From the NCBI RefSeq assembly GCF_964355755.1, contig NC_092670.1:6066201-6130200 (forward strand): a stretch of 64,000 nucleotides of DNA, written 5' to 3'. Made by a program: the position numbers and the translations under genes. Shown here piece by piece: positions 61,447 through 64,000 of this stretch. The notes under the pieces are model-generated. The model saw only the letters and a list, made by a program, of their open reading frames with translations. It did no database searches and was not told the DNA's origin. The DNA is from Antedon mediterranea (lineage: Eukaryota; Animalia; Echinodermata). Numbering within the stretch: the first letter of the stretch is position 1; every line of letters begins with the position of its first letter.

Positions 61447-61590
61447 CCAGGTACCCATTTGTACATCTGGGTACAGTGGAGAGAGGCAAATATAAGTAAA
61501 GTGTCTTGTCTAAGGAAACTGGCAATGCAACAAGCACACATTAAACTCAAACTCACAATCGCTCGATCACACACTACACCACACGCTCTC
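61447..61590 (-). mobile_element. tRNA/CORE-like SINE remnant
   Basis: Minus strand GTGTGGTGTAGTG...TTAGACAAGACACTTTAC...GCCTCTCTCCAC...CCCAGATGTACAAATGGGTACC. Confidence 0.6.
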
Positions 61591-61764
61591 AGTATATACA
61601 GCACTCTATGCGATATTTCCAGATGGTCTTCTATCCTAACTTTGGTGATCTGACAAAGTTTCCATAATATAATGTCATTATATCATCAAAAACCTACTCA
61701 AATTATGTAAATATAATTAATGTTATTTAACAATTTAATCACTCTAATTTTTTATATTTTACAG

Positions 61765-61911
61765 GCACGTGACTCACGAGATTCGCTAGCAATGAATTTA
61801 TATGCCAGATGCTTTCATTGGATTATTAGCAGAATTAATGTGAGAATTCGGACCAAACCTACATTCCATTCTGTTGGAGTTCTCGACATTTTTGGATTTG
61901 AGAATTTTGAG
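61765..61911 (+). CDS. MYO10: Myosin-X motor exon (switch II)
   Basis: ARDSRDSLAMNLYARCFHWIISRINVRIRTKPTFHSVGVLDIFGFENFE. Confidence 0.96.
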
Positions 61912-62960
61912 GTAAAAAATTATAATTCTGTTTACATTTATTAGTTATACATTTTAACTGAATTAATAATCAAGTTAAAATATGTAACAAAATTTATTAA
62001 CAAATTTATTTAGAGAGCTATAATTAAATATATTACCAAAAGAGATGTTTCTTCCTTATATACATATTTGAAGGTTTTAAACTACTTTTGAAAATTATCC
62101 GCCATCGTAAATCCAACATAGGTTGTGTTTTGCTTATACAAAACATAAACTGACTATTTATCTCATATAAATATTTAATAGCAGAAATAGTTTTTGTCAG
62201 TAGTAGAATTTTGGAATTTGAGTAAAGAAAAAAAACATGGCTGAATCACTTATTCCTAATCACTTCCTATTAAAAATCTCATTTGTTTAATCATAATAAA
62301 TGATTATAGATTAATTACTATTTGCTATGCAAACATTGATCTAGATCAACTTCCTTGTGGTAATCTCATGCATAGCGTACTGTCAGTCGTGAATTTCAAT
62401 TTATTTCAAGCTTACAAGCAATTTTGTATTTTACAAATATTCAATATATTCCAATTTAAAATATAAGGAAATAAATAAATAAACTTTAAAAAAGTAAATA
62501 GACCCAATAAATAAATTGTTGCTCTGAAGATGTTGCCATTATTTGCACCCCTGACAACATAGTAGGTACAAAAACTAGATTTCAGGGGTGGGGGAATTTA
62601 AATACAATTCAAGGTTTTGATGGAATAAGAGACAATGTAATTTTACAGATTGACATATTGACATATTGTATGTACATGAAGGGTAACTCAAATAACATAT
62701 ACATTAATTGCTTACAAGTTCACACACACATTATATCTTTTGTCAATCTTTTCTTTTTTTCTTTTTTTTGGGTAAATTATACAAAATGAAAATCCTAGTA
62801 AGTATGGCAATAAATTATAAGGAATGAAAGAGGAAACCCAAGATGTAATATCAATTGCCAAATTCCAATTGTGAATAATAATAATAATAATTAAATACAC
62901 ATTATACTAATTCTAACACTACAAGAACACACACATCATATCAAACATTCATAGTGACTA

Positions 62961-63066
62961 ACTATCACTTATGTACTTCTTATTGAAATAATCTAATACA
63001 CTATCAGTATTTGAATAATGTGAATCGATTTGAGCAGTTTAACATCAACTTTGTCCATGAGAAGAT
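62961..63066 (+). repeat. Partial tandem duplicate of the intron end and first ~45 nt of the MYO10 relay-helix exon
   Basis: CTATCACTT...TATTTGAATA..GTGAATCGATTTGAGCAGTTTAACATCAACTTTGTCCATGAGAAG repeats 63102-63208; the exonic part is offset by 144 nt. Confidence 0.9.
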
Positions 63067-63163
63067 CAAAATCATATTGACCAAGAGTATATTGACCAAG
63101 GGCTATCACTTGCCTACTTTATTTACATATTCTAACATAATATCAATATTTGAATATACACAG

Positions 63164-63331
63164 GTGAATCGATTTGAGCAGTTCAACATCAACTTTGCCA
63201 ATGAGAAGCTGCAAGAGTATTTCAACAAACACATCTTCTCTCTTGAACAACATGAATACAACGCAGAAGGCCTAGATTGGGTTGACATTGATTGGCAAGA
63301 CAATGGAGAATGTCTTGATCTTATTGTTAGG
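63164..63331 (+). CDS. MYO10: Myosin-X motor exon (relay helix); gene continues past the window
   Basis: VNRFEQFNINFANEKLQEYFNKHIFSLEQHEYNAEGLDWVDIDWQDNGECLDLIVR closely matches the vertebrate MYO10 sequence as I recall it. Confidence 0.96.
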
Positions 63332-64000
63332 GTAAGAGCTTATCAATGTAGTGTACATCATTAAACACAAAAACACAAAACCATTCTGCCACAGCATAGG
63401 AAAATAACACAACATAGTGAAAAACATCATGTTGCGATATGAGAGATGTAACTGATAATAATACTTCATTCATCATTGTTTAAAAGTTTAAATTTGTTTT
63501 TAAAATTCACCTTTTTGACTATTTTACTTTTTGTGCTGTGCTGTGAAACCTTTTGGTAAAGAGCACCTTTTAAATATTCAGATTTTTATTATTATTTAGT
63601 TACTATTCTTGTAGCCGTCTTCTTCTGAAGACACATGGTCGTCATTGAAAGATACATATATTGGATGAGAATAAATTAAGAATCCTGCATATCTAAATTA
63701 ACAAATTCTTTTTCAATTTCTACTAATGTAATTAAAAACCAATAATGAAAACAAACCAAAACAAGGAAATAAAATCCAATTTCTGAGAAAATATATTACA
63801 ACCATTTCAATGGACAGCCTGTCTCACATATCAGCCAAGTGCCACTTGCTTACCTTTTCATGGCAGGGCAGTGCCACTCATACATATTCATGAAGTACCT
63901 CTCTATGTTACTGAGTGTAGTTTACATCCGGTTTTGTTTGAGAAACTGATTTCACAGTTTATTCCAAATCCAGACAGATAATAATGAACAACAGTTCTTA

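Overview
AT-rich (~30% GC) intron-rich genomic DNA from an invertebrate animal; a deuterostome such as an echinoderm is a guess from gene and repeat content. Two spliced + strand genes are present. (1) The 3' part of an IGF2BP/IMP RNA-binding protein gene: 9 coding exons at 238-5839 encoding the end of an RRM plus KH1-KH4, followed by a long A/U-rich 3' UTR. (2) The 5' part of a myosin-X (MYO10) gene: 11 coding exons of the motor domain at 22192-63331, continuing beyond the window, with a 7.4-kb U12-type intron followed by a 14-nt microexon. I rebuilt the exons by hand from splice sites and reading phase, and both genes splice in frame. Introns hold PIF/Harbinger and Tc1/mariner-type MITEs, tRNA- and 5S-derived SINEs, LINE 3' ends and minisatellites. 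Most notable: a duplicated box C/D snoRNA in two consecutive IGF2BP introns with an 11-nt 28S rRNA guide; a strong excess of TACWGTA heptamers matching Tc1/mariner excision footprints, with one case shown as a 5-bp insertion in a local paralog; an antisense FERM-N (MYLIP/dnr1-like) remnant behind IGF2BP; a 5S+tRNA chimeric SINE; and a Harbinger MITE carrying a Myb/SANT remnant. All family assignments come from recall, not database searches.
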